DNA of 64,000 nt from Phycisphaerae bacterium (GTDB taxonomy: Bacteria; Planctomycetota; Phycisphaerae; UBA1845; Fen-1342), in assembly GCA_963675745.2 (NCBI GenBank), contig CAXXWX010000001.1:128001-192000 (forward strand), given 5' to 3'. The notes below the pieces were generated by a model. The model saw only the letters and a program-made list of their open reading frames with translations. It made no database searches and was not told the DNA's origin. Positions 17,501 through 25,833 of the stretch are shown here, one piece after another. How positions within the stretch are numbered: the first letter of the stretch is position 1; each line of letters starts with the position of its first letter. A program made the position numbers and the translations under genes.

Positions 17501-19311
17501 CCCCGCCCGTGACGGCGCGGCCGCAGCCTGAACCGGTCCGGCCACCCGACGAGGACGGCGAGCCCGAGGAATCCACGTCGTCGCGCCGGCCGGGTGGACC
17601 GCCACCCTTGACCGGTCGCACCAGGCCGCCTGATCCGACGGCGGTCAAGCCGCCACCGGAAGAGGAAACAGCCGAGCCTGCGCCGGAAGTCGCGGTGTCG
17701 GGCGCGATCCAGATTCCGCAGTGTGCCTCGCCCGAGTTTCTGAATGCCCGCGCGGGAGAGTGCGTGCAGTTGATGCGTTTCCTGGCCGATTTCGGCAGCG
17801 AGTTCTATCTCGCCGAGGCCAGCGATACCACGCCGTTCAATGACCGCTGCGCCCGGATGATCGAGCAGGCGTGGCAGGACTACACGCAGGCCTATGTGCG
17901 GGCGTGGAGCGATGCCTACGGCGCGAAGAGGCTGGAGGAGCTGGACAAGGTCGGCTTGTGGAACGGCGGCTGGGAGTCATTTGCGGCACAATTCCACGTG
18001 GCCGCCGGCGCGCGCTCCAGCGCCCGCAACTCGGTTCGCGACGAGATCGAGCCGGCGTTGTCCGAGATTCTGCACAGCCTGCGCTGGGCTACTTACATGC
18101 CCGACAGCGGCTGGTGGCTCGAAGAACCCGACGACTTCTATGGCCGACAGAAGCGCATCGTGGCCGAAGCCTATTCAGCGGCGCTGCAAAGCAACTGGTC
18201 GCACGGCGATTTCGCCCGCCAGGCCAACGCGGGCCGCGGCCTCGCCCAGAACGTGATGCCCTGGGACGCGCTCGCGGCGCAAGTCGCCACGCGCTGGGAA
18301 AACTGGGCCAACGCCATCGGGCGCGCGGCGGTGCTGCCGCGCGAGTTTGATCGCGACGCCGGTGCCGGCGGCGCACTGAAGATTCCCTGGGGTGAGATGG
18401 CGGCCTTGCGCGATGAAGCCGGGCTGCGTGACGAGGCGCTTTCCCAGCAGTTCGTCGAGTTCGAGCGGCAGGCTCAGAACCTGCTGGATCGAGAGTTGAC
18501 CAACATCTACCACGGCATCCAGGGGCGGTTTCTGGCCAACGAGAATCCGTACGACGGCTGGCCGTATGTGAATGCCAGTGGCGTCGGACTCACGGCGTTG
18601 GAGACGGTTAACTTCGACCAATTTGTGAGCTTCCTCGCCGCGGTCCAACGCGCCGACGCGGCACTCGGTCAGCTTGATAACGGGCTGCCGGATACACCGA
18701 CGCGCCAGCGACGGCGGGCGTTCGTCAGCGCCTGTGCGGATTGGCAGAAGTTCATCGGCAACCCGACGCCGCTGGATGTGGAAGTGTGGAATGACGACCC
18801 GCTGGTTGAACCCAAGGGCCAGAAACGCGTCGATGACCGCGCGCAGTTCTACTACCAGAAGGTGCGTCTGTCGCTGGGGCTGCGGCTGCAACAGGCCGGC
18901 GCCACGGCGCTGGAGTTCCGTACGATGGAGCGCGGCGCGGCGCGGGCGGTACAGACCGTTTGGGAATGGCGACGACCGCAGCTCCAGGAGCTTACGTTCG
19001 AGGCGGTCGATGGGATCCAGCCGGAGGGACGTGATTTCCGCTATCCGCGCGTAAGCCCTGACACGCTCGGCGCGCCGTCGCCACTGGCGCTGTGTGCCTA
19101 CCTGCACCGATACGGCCATTATGCCGACGGCAACTGGGTCGTGTCGCACGGCATCAACCTGACCGAGAAATTCAGGGAAGCCGGTCAGGAGCGGCTGTTG
19201 ACAAACGTACCGACCGACAAGCGCGTGGTTGGCGAGAAGTTCATCTTTCGATTGCCGCCTGGTCGCGGGCTGCCGGCGCCGATTCAGCGCCTGAGCCCTG
19301 CCGGCGGTTGA
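14512..19311 (+). CDS. tssM: T6SS membrane subunit TssM (IcmF), 1,599 aa
   Basis: Two N-terminal TMs, LPWYIVIGDSGCGKT, NWWFTEDAIFVDMAGR, PINGAI, ITKCDKIVGF, FRGLYFTSATQQG, third TM near aa 445-465. Confidence 0.9.
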   Translation: MKKLMGMFKGMPPELRMFVAMAGLGTPLGAIYLLQRFVFKGVPLFFIIIGVAVVVGALLLVGFLVNRLWGRSARKRQKKMEGELASGAEAGPVSMDLRAAVKSNNEKFFGAIKDMRKLGISVYDLPWYIVIGDSGCGKTKLVNEGGLTFSTGKPEGYQLGTLNYNWWFTEDAIFVDMAGRLCNPQDDADHREWQSFLKTVGAGRKGYPINGAICCVSAEHLLQDSPENLEQDANTMLERLRDLQSKLGVTFATYLVITKCDKIVGFMQFFDRAERDITIKNQMFGWSKPTGFDELYDPERFSEDFDGVYARLNELRLRRLNDDVDELELGMAYGFPEEFAQLREPLQIYVRALFPMIKNPRAVKNLIFRGLYFTSATQQGSLILRHLTDRLGTDAAGQFPPLESLYPRPRPHFVKDMLIRKVFPEHGLVFRNEQEVVRNRKLSRLLTIASAAVSVVLILLLVISAVKFGSLISEPSVRANQSPQLAAKPVEALEHVGKLAADVDTLKGSMWPTILSLGIGASQPVKDLTKIQLLLFEESGLRSRLEGVDDGLRTAEIVSDEQPGQGGVPLTAYLESLNEYIAWYGCADGESLPEHLDHASFERLGAITRAAGLPDAQGKRAEMISEQAPRYFTEIHTRDWHNPARILTEPGLDGRTLDPPGTIQAAIFRLHDYMRRYAVLNETHPNDVVREWARIRDACARIEESYAQMLGAVSGQLTTRQQLEDLATTFSENFKIFNDSVAELEWRLKPASGFLRIAMIRDALLVERERWLAQQSAMREAYATCNEAAGDNPNDPVLVAIDALSTGMDTQLRGLDRMLADSIQAAGLADRGYFEGYFDDAFHQLVKEVDAAYGHIFTIVRAGDAPDDDALELTVQLTGTVHPTLKQVAARLGKLGAGSLGADTPADWIAEIKDLLYGEEDEGPTTIDASRFGELHARWRPQQLANLSTAYEELLLKGRGTLLLRSIESSLADVGPWGIGELQPEWRDMRRSAYYIAPPVTARPQPEPVRPPDEDGEPEESTSSRRPGGPPPLTGRTRPPDPTAVKPPPEEETAEPAPEVAVSGAIQIPQCASPEFLNARAGECVQLMRFLADFGSEFYLAEASDTTPFNDRCARMIEQAWQDYTQAYVRAWSDAYGAKRLEELDKVGLWNGGWESFAAQFHVAAGARSSARNSVRDEIEPALSEILHSLRWATYMPDSGWWLEEPDDFYGRQKRIVAEAYSAALQSNWSHGDFARQANAGRGLAQNVMPWDALAAQVATRWENWANAIGRAAVLPREFDRDAGAGGALKIPWGEMAALRDEAGLRDEALSQQFVEFERQAQNLLDRELTNIYHGIQGRFLANENPYDGWPYVNASGVGLTALETVNFDQFVSFLAAVQRADAALGQLDNGLPDTPTRQRRRAFVSACADWQKFIGNPTPLDVEVWNDDPLVEPKGQKRVDDRAQFYYQKVRLSLGLRLQQAGATALEFRTMERGAARAVQTVWEWRRPQLQELTFEAVDGIQPEGRDFRYPRVSPDTLGAPSPLALCAYLHRYGHYADGNWVVSHGINLTEKFREAGQERLLTNVPTDKRVVGEKFIFRLPPGRGLPAPIQRLSPAGG

Positions 19312-19374
19312 GGACTCCAGCGGAACGGTAAGCGCCGCCCACCACGGGCCGCGCACCCTTTTGGCGTGGGTCAT

Positions 19375-20379
19375 ATGAGCTGGAAAGACCTATTCAGATC
19401 GAAGGCGGCAAAAGCCCGGCGTCAGGCTGATTCGCGCGTGCGCTGGTTCGGCAAGCTGCCGACGTACGCCGACTACTACAGCTCCCCCACCGATGAAGAT
19501 TGGGCGGTCGAGTTCAATGACTGGATTCTGACGGGCTACGAGCTGTATCACGCACGCCAGCGGGATGCCAACGGCACCGTACACGTTTCGCCCGGCACCT
19601 GCATTCTACGCCTGCCCAAGTCGCAGATGACAGTGTTCGCCTCAATCCAGGACTTCGGCGGGGACATGCGCGGCCGGCCTTTCCCATTGTGCTTCTACGT
19701 CGGGATCCCCAGCGAATTCTGCCCGGGGCCGACGTGCGACGACGCACCGGCCCTGCTCAAGCCGCTGGAACGCCTGACGGAGTTTCGCGAGCGGGTGGTG
19801 CGTTTCATCAATTCGCCGGGGCGTTTTGAGCAGGTTTTCGGCGATCTGGAGCTGGAACCGGCCACGACGGACACGACGTCGGGCGAAGCTGCCTGGAGGC
19901 AGGGGGCGCGCAAGCTCACGATGGCACAGTGGATCGAAGCCAGCCGGCCCTGCCTGAAAGCCGATGATGCCGAGGTCTGGCTTGCCCGGGTGGCTGCGTG
20001 GGGCGTGAATATCAGTGCGCTGGACTCCGCGGATTTTGAGCCGACGTTTCGGTTTCCGCTGGCGCTTTCGCTGCCGCTCGATGTTCAGGTTGCGGGCTGG
20101 TTGAACTGGCTTGGACAGAGGATGGATTTAACGCGACATCTCTTGTCGCTTGTGCTGTCCAGTGACGCGGACGGCGCAACCGGGTGGCTCAGTGTCGTGG
20201 CGCGCGAACCGATTCGTGAAGATTTTCTGTTGTGGACCCCGCTGGGCGGAGCGTTGTCGTATGTCGACGACTTGTGCGCCGCCGCCAGCGATGGGAAGCA
20301 GCAGGCGCCGACGGAATCACCGTCGACCGGCATGCCCGAGCAGTGGGCTGACTTCATTGAATCGGCGCCGGCGACTTGA
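19375..20379 (+). CDS. tagF: T6SS post-translational repressor TagF
   Basis: WFGKLPTYADY and D..GRPFPL motifs; directly after tssM. Confidence 0.8.
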   Translation: MSWKDLFRSKAAKARRQADSRVRWFGKLPTYADYYSSPTDEDWAVEFNDWILTGYELYHARQRDANGTVHVSPGTCILRLPKSQMTVFASIQDFGGDMRGRPFPLCFYVGIPSEFCPGPTCDDAPALLKPLERLTEFRERVVRFINSPGRFEQVFGDLELEPATTDTTSGEAAWRQGARKLTMAQWIEASRPCLKADDAEVWLARVAAWGVNISALDSADFEPTFRFPLALSLPLDVQVAGWLNWLGQRMDLTRHLLSLVLSSDADGATGWLSVVAREPIREDFLLWTPLGGALSYVDDLCAAASDGKQQAPTESPSTGMPEQWADFIESAPAT

Positions 20380-20473
20380 CTAATGGATGGCGCAGAGCAA
20401 CACTCTGTGTCGATTCGATGACAACCGTCTAAGGTAGTTCACGCGTGAAATTCGACCCGGACGGGGTAAACCC

Positions 20474-20503
20474 TTGTCTCTGTTCAAATTGCCGTGCTAT
20501 AAT
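20474..20503 (+). promoter_or_regulatory. Sigma70-type promoter for the tssA-tssB-tssC-hcp block
   Basis: TTGTCT (20474-20479)-N18-TATAAT (20498-20503), with extended -10 TG at 20495-20496. Confidence 0.65.
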
Positions 20504-20642
20504 GCGGCATCGGGCTGAACCTCACGCAACCACGAATCGTCGTTCGTCGGGCCGGCGACGAGTGCTGAATGGAATCAGACGCTACGGGCCAGGGTCTGGC
20601 GCGTAGTGCTTCGACATCGCGGATTGCCGCGGGGCATTAGCC

Positions 20643-22208
20643 ATGGCTGGCTTCGATGAAGCTCCAATTCTAGAGCTCGGGACAAACCCGATCTCACCAG
20701 ACGCGCCGGGTGGCGAGGACGTTGCCGACGACGAGGAGTATCTGCTCGTCGACGCGGAGACCGCCAAACTTGACCGCATCGATCTGGGAGACCCGGATTG
20801 GTTTGCGATTGAGCAGGCCAGCCAGAACATCCTGCGTTCAAAGTCCAAAGACCTCGAAATGGCCATCGCGCTGGGTATGGCCCTGTTCAAGAAACAGACC
20901 TATGCGGGCCTGGCCGCCACTCTGGGCCTGTTCCGCGACCTCACCAAAAACTTCTGGGACAACATGTTTCCCGTGCGGCCGCGACGCCGTAAGAACGGCA
21001 TCGAAGGCTACACGGAGAAGCTGGTCGATGGTGGTTGGCTGCGTGACGCCCCGCCGAAACCCGACGATTTCGACGCCATCGATCTCTGTCTCGAACGCAC
21101 CAAGGAGCTCGAGGAAGCCCTCACCGAGAAGATGCCGGACGACGCGCCGTCGTTCGGCAAGTTCCTGCGCAAGGTCAAAGAGCTCGCCTCGCAACGGCCG
21201 AAGGAAGCCGCGCCGGCACCCGCGGCGCCGGCCGATGGTGCCGGGGCAGCCGCGGCGCCCGCGGGCGGAGGGGCCACTTTTGCCGCCGGGGATGTCCAGG
21301 ATGTTTCGGGCGCGGTCAACGCGATTCTCGGCGCTGCCACGTTTATCCGCAAAGCGGACGCAACCGATCCACTGCCCTACGCGGTCGTGCGCCTGATCAA
21401 GTGGGCCAAGGTCGAGCTGCCCACATCGGATGCGGCGGCGACCCAGATCGAGCCACCCGAAAAGACCGTGATCGAGGCGCTGGAGCACCAGTTCAACAAC
21501 GGCGTGTGGGAGCACTTGCTCAAGAACGCGGAGTCGGCGTTTCGCTCATGCGATCCGCTGTGGCTGGATTTGCAGCGCTACACGTGTGCCGCGTTGCAGG
21601 GCTTGGGGGCACCGTACGAAAAGGCGCGCAACGCGGTGATCGCCGTGACCGGTGGTCTCGTGCGCCGTCTCGGCAGTGGCCTCTACGACCTGACGTTTCG
21701 TGGTGGCACGCCCCTGTGTGGCGGTGAGACAAAGATGTGGCTCGAATCGGAGGTGATCACGGGCGATGGTGGCGGCGGCGGCGGCGGCTCGGCGGGCAAC
21801 GGCAAACTGGCCGAGGCCTCGGATGAAGCCCGCAAGCTGGCCGGCACCGGCAAGCTCAAGGAGGCCGTCCAGACATTGCAGGCGGGCCTGTCGACGTGCA
21901 ATCAGCGACGCGACCGGTTTCTCTGGCGCGCCCAGATTGCCAAGCTGTGTTTTGACGCCAAGAAGCTCAAGCTCGCCGCCCCGCTGTTGGAAGAATGCTA
22001 CCAGGAGATACAGCGCTACCACATCGAAGACTGGGAGCCAACGTTGGCCGTCGAGGTAGCGCAGACGTTATATCGGTGCCGCAAGGCCCTCACCGCGGTG
22101 GACAAGAACCCCCCGCCCGAGGCGCTGGCGGGCGTGCGCGAGTCATTCGCGTGGTTGTGTCAATTGGACCCCCTGGCGGCCCTGGCGGCCGACCCGGCGG
22201 GCAAGTAA
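20643..22208 (+). CDS. tssA: T6SS TssA (ImpA_N + VasJ-type C-terminus)
   Basis: PISPDAPGGED, SKDL, FWDNMFP, PLWLDLQR, DWEPTLA, LCQLDPLAAL. Confidence 0.92.
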   Translation: MAGFDEAPILELGTNPISPDAPGGEDVADDEEYLLVDAETAKLDRIDLGDPDWFAIEQASQNILRSKSKDLEMAIALGMALFKKQTYAGLAATLGLFRDLTKNFWDNMFPVRPRRRKNGIEGYTEKLVDGGWLRDAPPKPDDFDAIDLCLERTKELEEALTEKMPDDAPSFGKFLRKVKELASQRPKEAAPAPAAPADGAGAAAAPAGGGATFAAGDVQDVSGAVNAILGAATFIRKADATDPLPYAVVRLIKWAKVELPTSDAAATQIEPPEKTVIEALEHQFNNGVWEHLLKNAESAFRSCDPLWLDLQRYTCAALQGLGAPYEKARNAVIAVTGGLVRRLGSGLYDLTFRGGTPLCGGETKMWLESEVITGDGGGGGGGSAGNGKLAEASDEARKLAGTGKLKEAVQTLQAGLSTCNQRRDRFLWRAQIAKLCFDAKKLKLAAPLLEECYQEIQRYHIEDWEPTLAVEVAQTLYRCRKALTAVDKNPPPEALAGVRESFAWLCQLDPLAALAADPAGK

Positions 22209-22242
22209 CACGTGATGATGCCAGCAGAAAGGGAAGCACAAT

Positions 22243-22773
22243 ATGGCTAAGGGACCGTCAAAAGCTCGGGAATCACGGGTAAACATCGTCATTTCGGACG
22301 CGCTGCGCGGCGGGGCCGAACCGGAGTTGCCCTTCCGCATGCTGGTGATGGGCGATTTCTCGACAACCGATGACAAACGCCCAATGGAGGACCGGCAACC
22401 GATCGACGTAAACAAGTCCAATTTCGACTCGGTCATGCAGAGCTACAACCTGTCGATGGACACGTCGGTTAATGACCGCCTCACCGGCACGGGCGAGATG
22501 CCGATCTCGCTCAAATTCGGCACACTGAAGGACTTCCGTCCGGAGTCTATCGCGCGGCAGGTGCCCCAGCTCAAGAGTCTGCTGGAGTTCCGCGACGCGC
22601 TCAAGGCGCTGCGGCCGAAGATGGGCGACAAAGCCGCCCAGAAGAAGCTGCTCGACGCCATCAAGGACCCCGAGACGCGCGAAAAGATCCTCGCCATGAT
22701 CACTACCGCCGAAGGTGGCGGCGAAGGCGGTGGCGAGGAGTCAGGCGATTCAGGTGAGTCGAGTGACGCGTAG
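22243..22773 (+). CDS. tssB: T6SS sheath small subunit TssB
   Basis: SRVNI, ELPFRMLVMGDFS, NFDSVM, LKDFRPESIARQVPQL. Confidence 0.95.
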   Translation: MAKGPSKARESRVNIVISDALRGGAEPELPFRMLVMGDFSTTDDKRPMEDRQPIDVNKSNFDSVMQSYNLSMDTSVNDRLTGTGEMPISLKFGTLKDFRPESIARQVPQLKSLLEFRDALKALRPKMGDKAAQKKLLDAIKDPETREKILAMITTAEGGGEGGGEESGDSGESSDA

Positions 22774-22843
22774 GTGAGACCAGGTCAACGTTTGGTACCC
22801 GCAGCGCGACTGCACTGCGGCACATGAATGGAGATAGAAAAAG

Positions 22844-24325
22844 ATGGCAGAACAACCGGAAGCCGCTTCCGCCGCCGGAGCCCAGGAAACCGAGGCTGTC
22901 GATGCCCTGATCGATTCGCTCGACCTGGATCACGAGTACATGGACCTGTACCGCAAGGGAATTGCGGGACTGGTTCAAAAAGCCGCCGGCCTGGATCTGA
23001 ACAAGGTCGTGATCGACAAACAGGTCGTCGACGACTTCATCAGCGAGATTGACCAGCAGCTCAGCGCGCAGGTCAACGAAATCCTGCACAACGAACAATT
23101 CCAGAAGCTCGAATCGGCCTGGCGCGGCCTGTGGTACTTGATCGACAACACCGAATTCCGCCAGAACATCCGCATCGAGGTGCTGAACACCTCCAAGGAG
23201 GACCTGCTCGAGGACTTCCAGGACTGCAAGGACTGGCAGAAATCGGGATTGTTCAAGACCGTTTACCGCGACCAGTACAACACGTTCGGCGGCAATCCGT
23301 ACGGGATGATGGTCGCCAACTTCGCGCTCGACTATCGCAATCCCGATGTCGAGCTGATGAGCGAGATCGCGCGAGTTTCCGCGGTGGCCAAGTGCCCGCT
23401 GATCGCCGGCGCCAGCCCCAAGATGTTCGACAAGAACATGGACTCGTTCGAGCACCTGCCGAAGCTCGCCGAGATGTACGAGATCTTCGAGCAGCCCATG
23501 TACACCAAGTGGAACTCGTTCCGCGAGTCGGACGACTCACGATATGTCGCGCTGGCCATGCCGCGCTTCCTGTTGCGCAGCCCCTACACGGTCGCGAACC
23601 AGGACGTCAAGGACTTCGTGTTCGAAGAGGACGTCCGCACCGAGAACCACGATCGCTACCTGTGGGGCAATGCCGCATTTGCCATGGCCGGCCGCATGAC
23701 CGAGAGCTTTGCGAAGTACGGCTGGTACAACGCAATCGTCGGGCCGACAAGTGGCGGCACGGTGCCGGATCTCCCGCTGCACCAGTACGAGGCCACCGGT
23801 CAGTACCACACGAAGATCCCCACCGAGACGCTGATCTCCGAGGACATGGACGTCGACCTGTGCAACTTCGGCTTTGTGCCGCTCGTGATGCGCAAGGGCA
23901 GCGACAACGCGGCGTTCTTTGACGCTCCCTCGTGCAAGAAGGTCGGCAAGTTCCCCGACACCGCCGAGGGCAAGGAAGACGAGACGCGCGCCCGTTTGGG
24001 CATGTCGTTGCCATACCTGATGATCCAGTGCCGCCTGGCGCACTATCTGAAGGTCATCTGGCGTGAGAACATGGGCCGCGTGATGGACGCCGAGAAGATG
24101 GTCGGCGAAATCAACAAGTGGCTGAAGCAGTATTGCCGCCAGGGCACTCTCGATGACGTGTTGGCCGCGAAGTACCCGCTGAAGGAAGTCCAGGTCACCG
24201 CGACACCGGTGCCGGGCAAGCCGGGCATGTTCAAGTCCGAGATCCAGATGATTCCGCACTTCCGACTGAAAGGCGTGGAAGTGCAGCTTTCGATGGTGGG
24301 TCAATTCGACCCGCCGCCGCAGTAA
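22844..24325 (+). CDS. tssC: T6SS sheath large subunit TssC
   Basis: EIDQQLSAQVNEILHNEQFQKLESAWRGL, PRFLLRSPY, YLWGNAAF, LPYLMIQCRLAHYLK. Confidence 0.96.
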   Translation: MAEQPEAASAAGAQETEAVDALIDSLDLDHEYMDLYRKGIAGLVQKAAGLDLNKVVIDKQVVDDFISEIDQQLSAQVNEILHNEQFQKLESAWRGLWYLIDNTEFRQNIRIEVLNTSKEDLLEDFQDCKDWQKSGLFKTVYRDQYNTFGGNPYGMMVANFALDYRNPDVELMSEIARVSAVAKCPLIAGASPKMFDKNMDSFEHLPKLAEMYEIFEQPMYTKWNSFRESDDSRYVALAMPRFLLRSPYTVANQDVKDFVFEEDVRTENHDRYLWGNAAFAMAGRMTESFAKYGWYNAIVGPTSGGTVPDLPLHQYEATGQYHTKIPTETLISEDMDVDLCNFGFVPLVMRKGSDNAAFFDAPSCKKVGKFPDTAEGKEDETRARLGMSLPYLMIQCRLAHYLKVIWRENMGRVMDAEKMVGEINKWLKQYCRQGTLDDVLAAKYPLKEVQVTATPVPGKPGMFKSEIQMIPHFRLKGVEVQLSMVGQFDPPPQ

Positions 24326-24443
24326 ACCGGCCCTTGGGCCGAATGGGAGCATTTGCGGAGTTCTGTTTCGCCGGGCACAGCTTGTTTTTGGGAACTGTGT
24401 GTTCGCGTAGGAACGAAGGGCATTCAAACAAGGAGATGTTGTC

Positions 24444-24920
24444 ATGCCTACCCCCTGTAATCTGAAGATCGCCGAGTACCCGGGTTCGTCTGAGAAGGAA
24501 GCTCGGGAAGATACTTCCGATGTCTTCGAGATTGAGCATCACATTCACCAGCCGGTTGATATGACGACCGGCGAGGCGACCGGCGTGCGCGTGCACAGCC
24601 CGATGCGCATCGTGAAGGTCCTCGACAAGGCCAGCCCGGGCCTGCAGAAGGCACTGTGCACCGGCCAGAACCTGAAGGAAGTCATCCTGGACTTCTATCG
24701 CATCGATCCGGCCACGCGCTCGGAGTCGAAGTACTACACGATCACGTTGCGCAACGCCCGCGTGGTTGACGCGCGTCCGTACATGCCGATGAGCTTCGTG
24801 CCGGCCAACGAGTCGTATCGGCACATGGAGCAGGTCAGCTTCGTGTACGAGGAGATCGAGTGGAACTGGCTGCCGGACAGCGTCGTTGAAATGGACAAGT
24901 GGCGTTCGCCGGGCGGCTAA
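24444..24920 (+). CDS. hcp: T6SS tube protein Hcp (TssD)
   Basis: TGVRVHSPMRIVKVLDKASPGL, YYTITLRNA, HMEQVSFVYEEIEW; AAGGAG RBS. Confidence 0.95.
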   Translation: MPTPCNLKIAEYPGSSEKEAREDTSDVFEIEHHIHQPVDMTTGEATGVRVHSPMRIVKVLDKASPGLQKALCTGQNLKEVILDFYRIDPATRSESKYYTITLRNARVVDARPYMPMSFVPANESYRHMEQVSFVYEEIEWNWLPDSVVEMDKWRSPGG

Positions 24921-24940
24921 GCGTCAATCTCGCGACGTAT

Positions 24941-24989
24941 TGGGGCGGGTGTGCGTCCGACAGGTATGACCGGTTGGACACCTGCCCCA
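24941..24989. repeat. REP-like inverted repeat downstream of hcp
   Basis: TGGGGCGGGTGT (24941-24952) pairs with ACACCTGCCCCA (24978-24989), 11/12 matches. Confidence 0.5.
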
Positions 24990-25256
24990 TTGTCGGGTTC
25001 CCAGTGCAGGCACGGCCGGGAGCGTCAAACACTCCCGCTCGCGCCTGTGGTGTATCGTTGCCCGTGGCTGCGTGTCACGCGCTCGGTGACACATGGGGGC
25101 CGGCGCCTGTCGATCAGTGGCCTGCTCTCCGACCTGGGCCGGATCAACACAATGGTTCGGACGCCCCATTGGAGCGCATTGTCCGGTCACGATGGGCGCG
25201 AGGCGGCGTCGCTGACAGGTGCAGACGGCTGATTCCAGCTTCGTAGAGGGTCGATT

Positions 25257-25688
25257 GTGGGCCGCGAGAAGATGTTGCTGGACCGCATCGCCAGCCTCCA
25301 GGACGACGGCGATCGCGGCCGATACGACGCGACCGTCACCGAAGACCTGGAGTCGCTGATGGAATCGGTGCGGCGGAACCTGACGCGTCTGTTGAACGCG
25401 CGCCAGGGCATGGCCGAGGGGCTGTCTGACTACGGCCTGCCGGCGATGTCAGACGTTCTCTCGGGCAGCGACAAGTATATCCGTCGGGTGCAGGACGCGG
25501 TCCGTACGACGATCGAGCGGTATGAGCCACGGTTGCGAAACGTGCGCGTGACGCACCAAACCGCCGAGGGCACGTTGCAGACGCTCGTGTTCCGCGTGGA
25601 CGCCGTGATCGTATCAGAGAGCGGCCAGCACCGCGTCTGGTACGAGACTTCGTTCGCCCCGAATGGCCGCTTTGATGTAGTAGGCTAG
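25257..25688 (+). CDS. tssE: T6SS baseplate subunit TssE (gp25-like)
   Basis: SVRRNLTRLLNARQG, DYGLP, IERYEPRLRNVRV. Confidence 0.93.
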   Translation: MGREKMLLDRIASLQDDGDRGRYDATVTEDLESLMESVRRNLTRLLNARQGMAEGLSDYGLPAMSDVLSGSDKYIRRVQDAVRTTIERYEPRLRNVRVTHQTAEGTLQTLVFRVDAVIVSESGQHRVWYETSFAPNGRFDVVG

Positions 25689-25833
25689 CCGTCCGCGGTG
25701 AGGATCGTCGCGGTTCGGATCCAATAATGGTCGAGCCTCCGGCATCTGGGAATGCCTGGCAACGCCGGTTCCCCGGGCCAGACGAGCCCGACGTCTTCAG
25801 GCCGCACCAGCGGTCGAGTCAGCGAGTTGCGCT

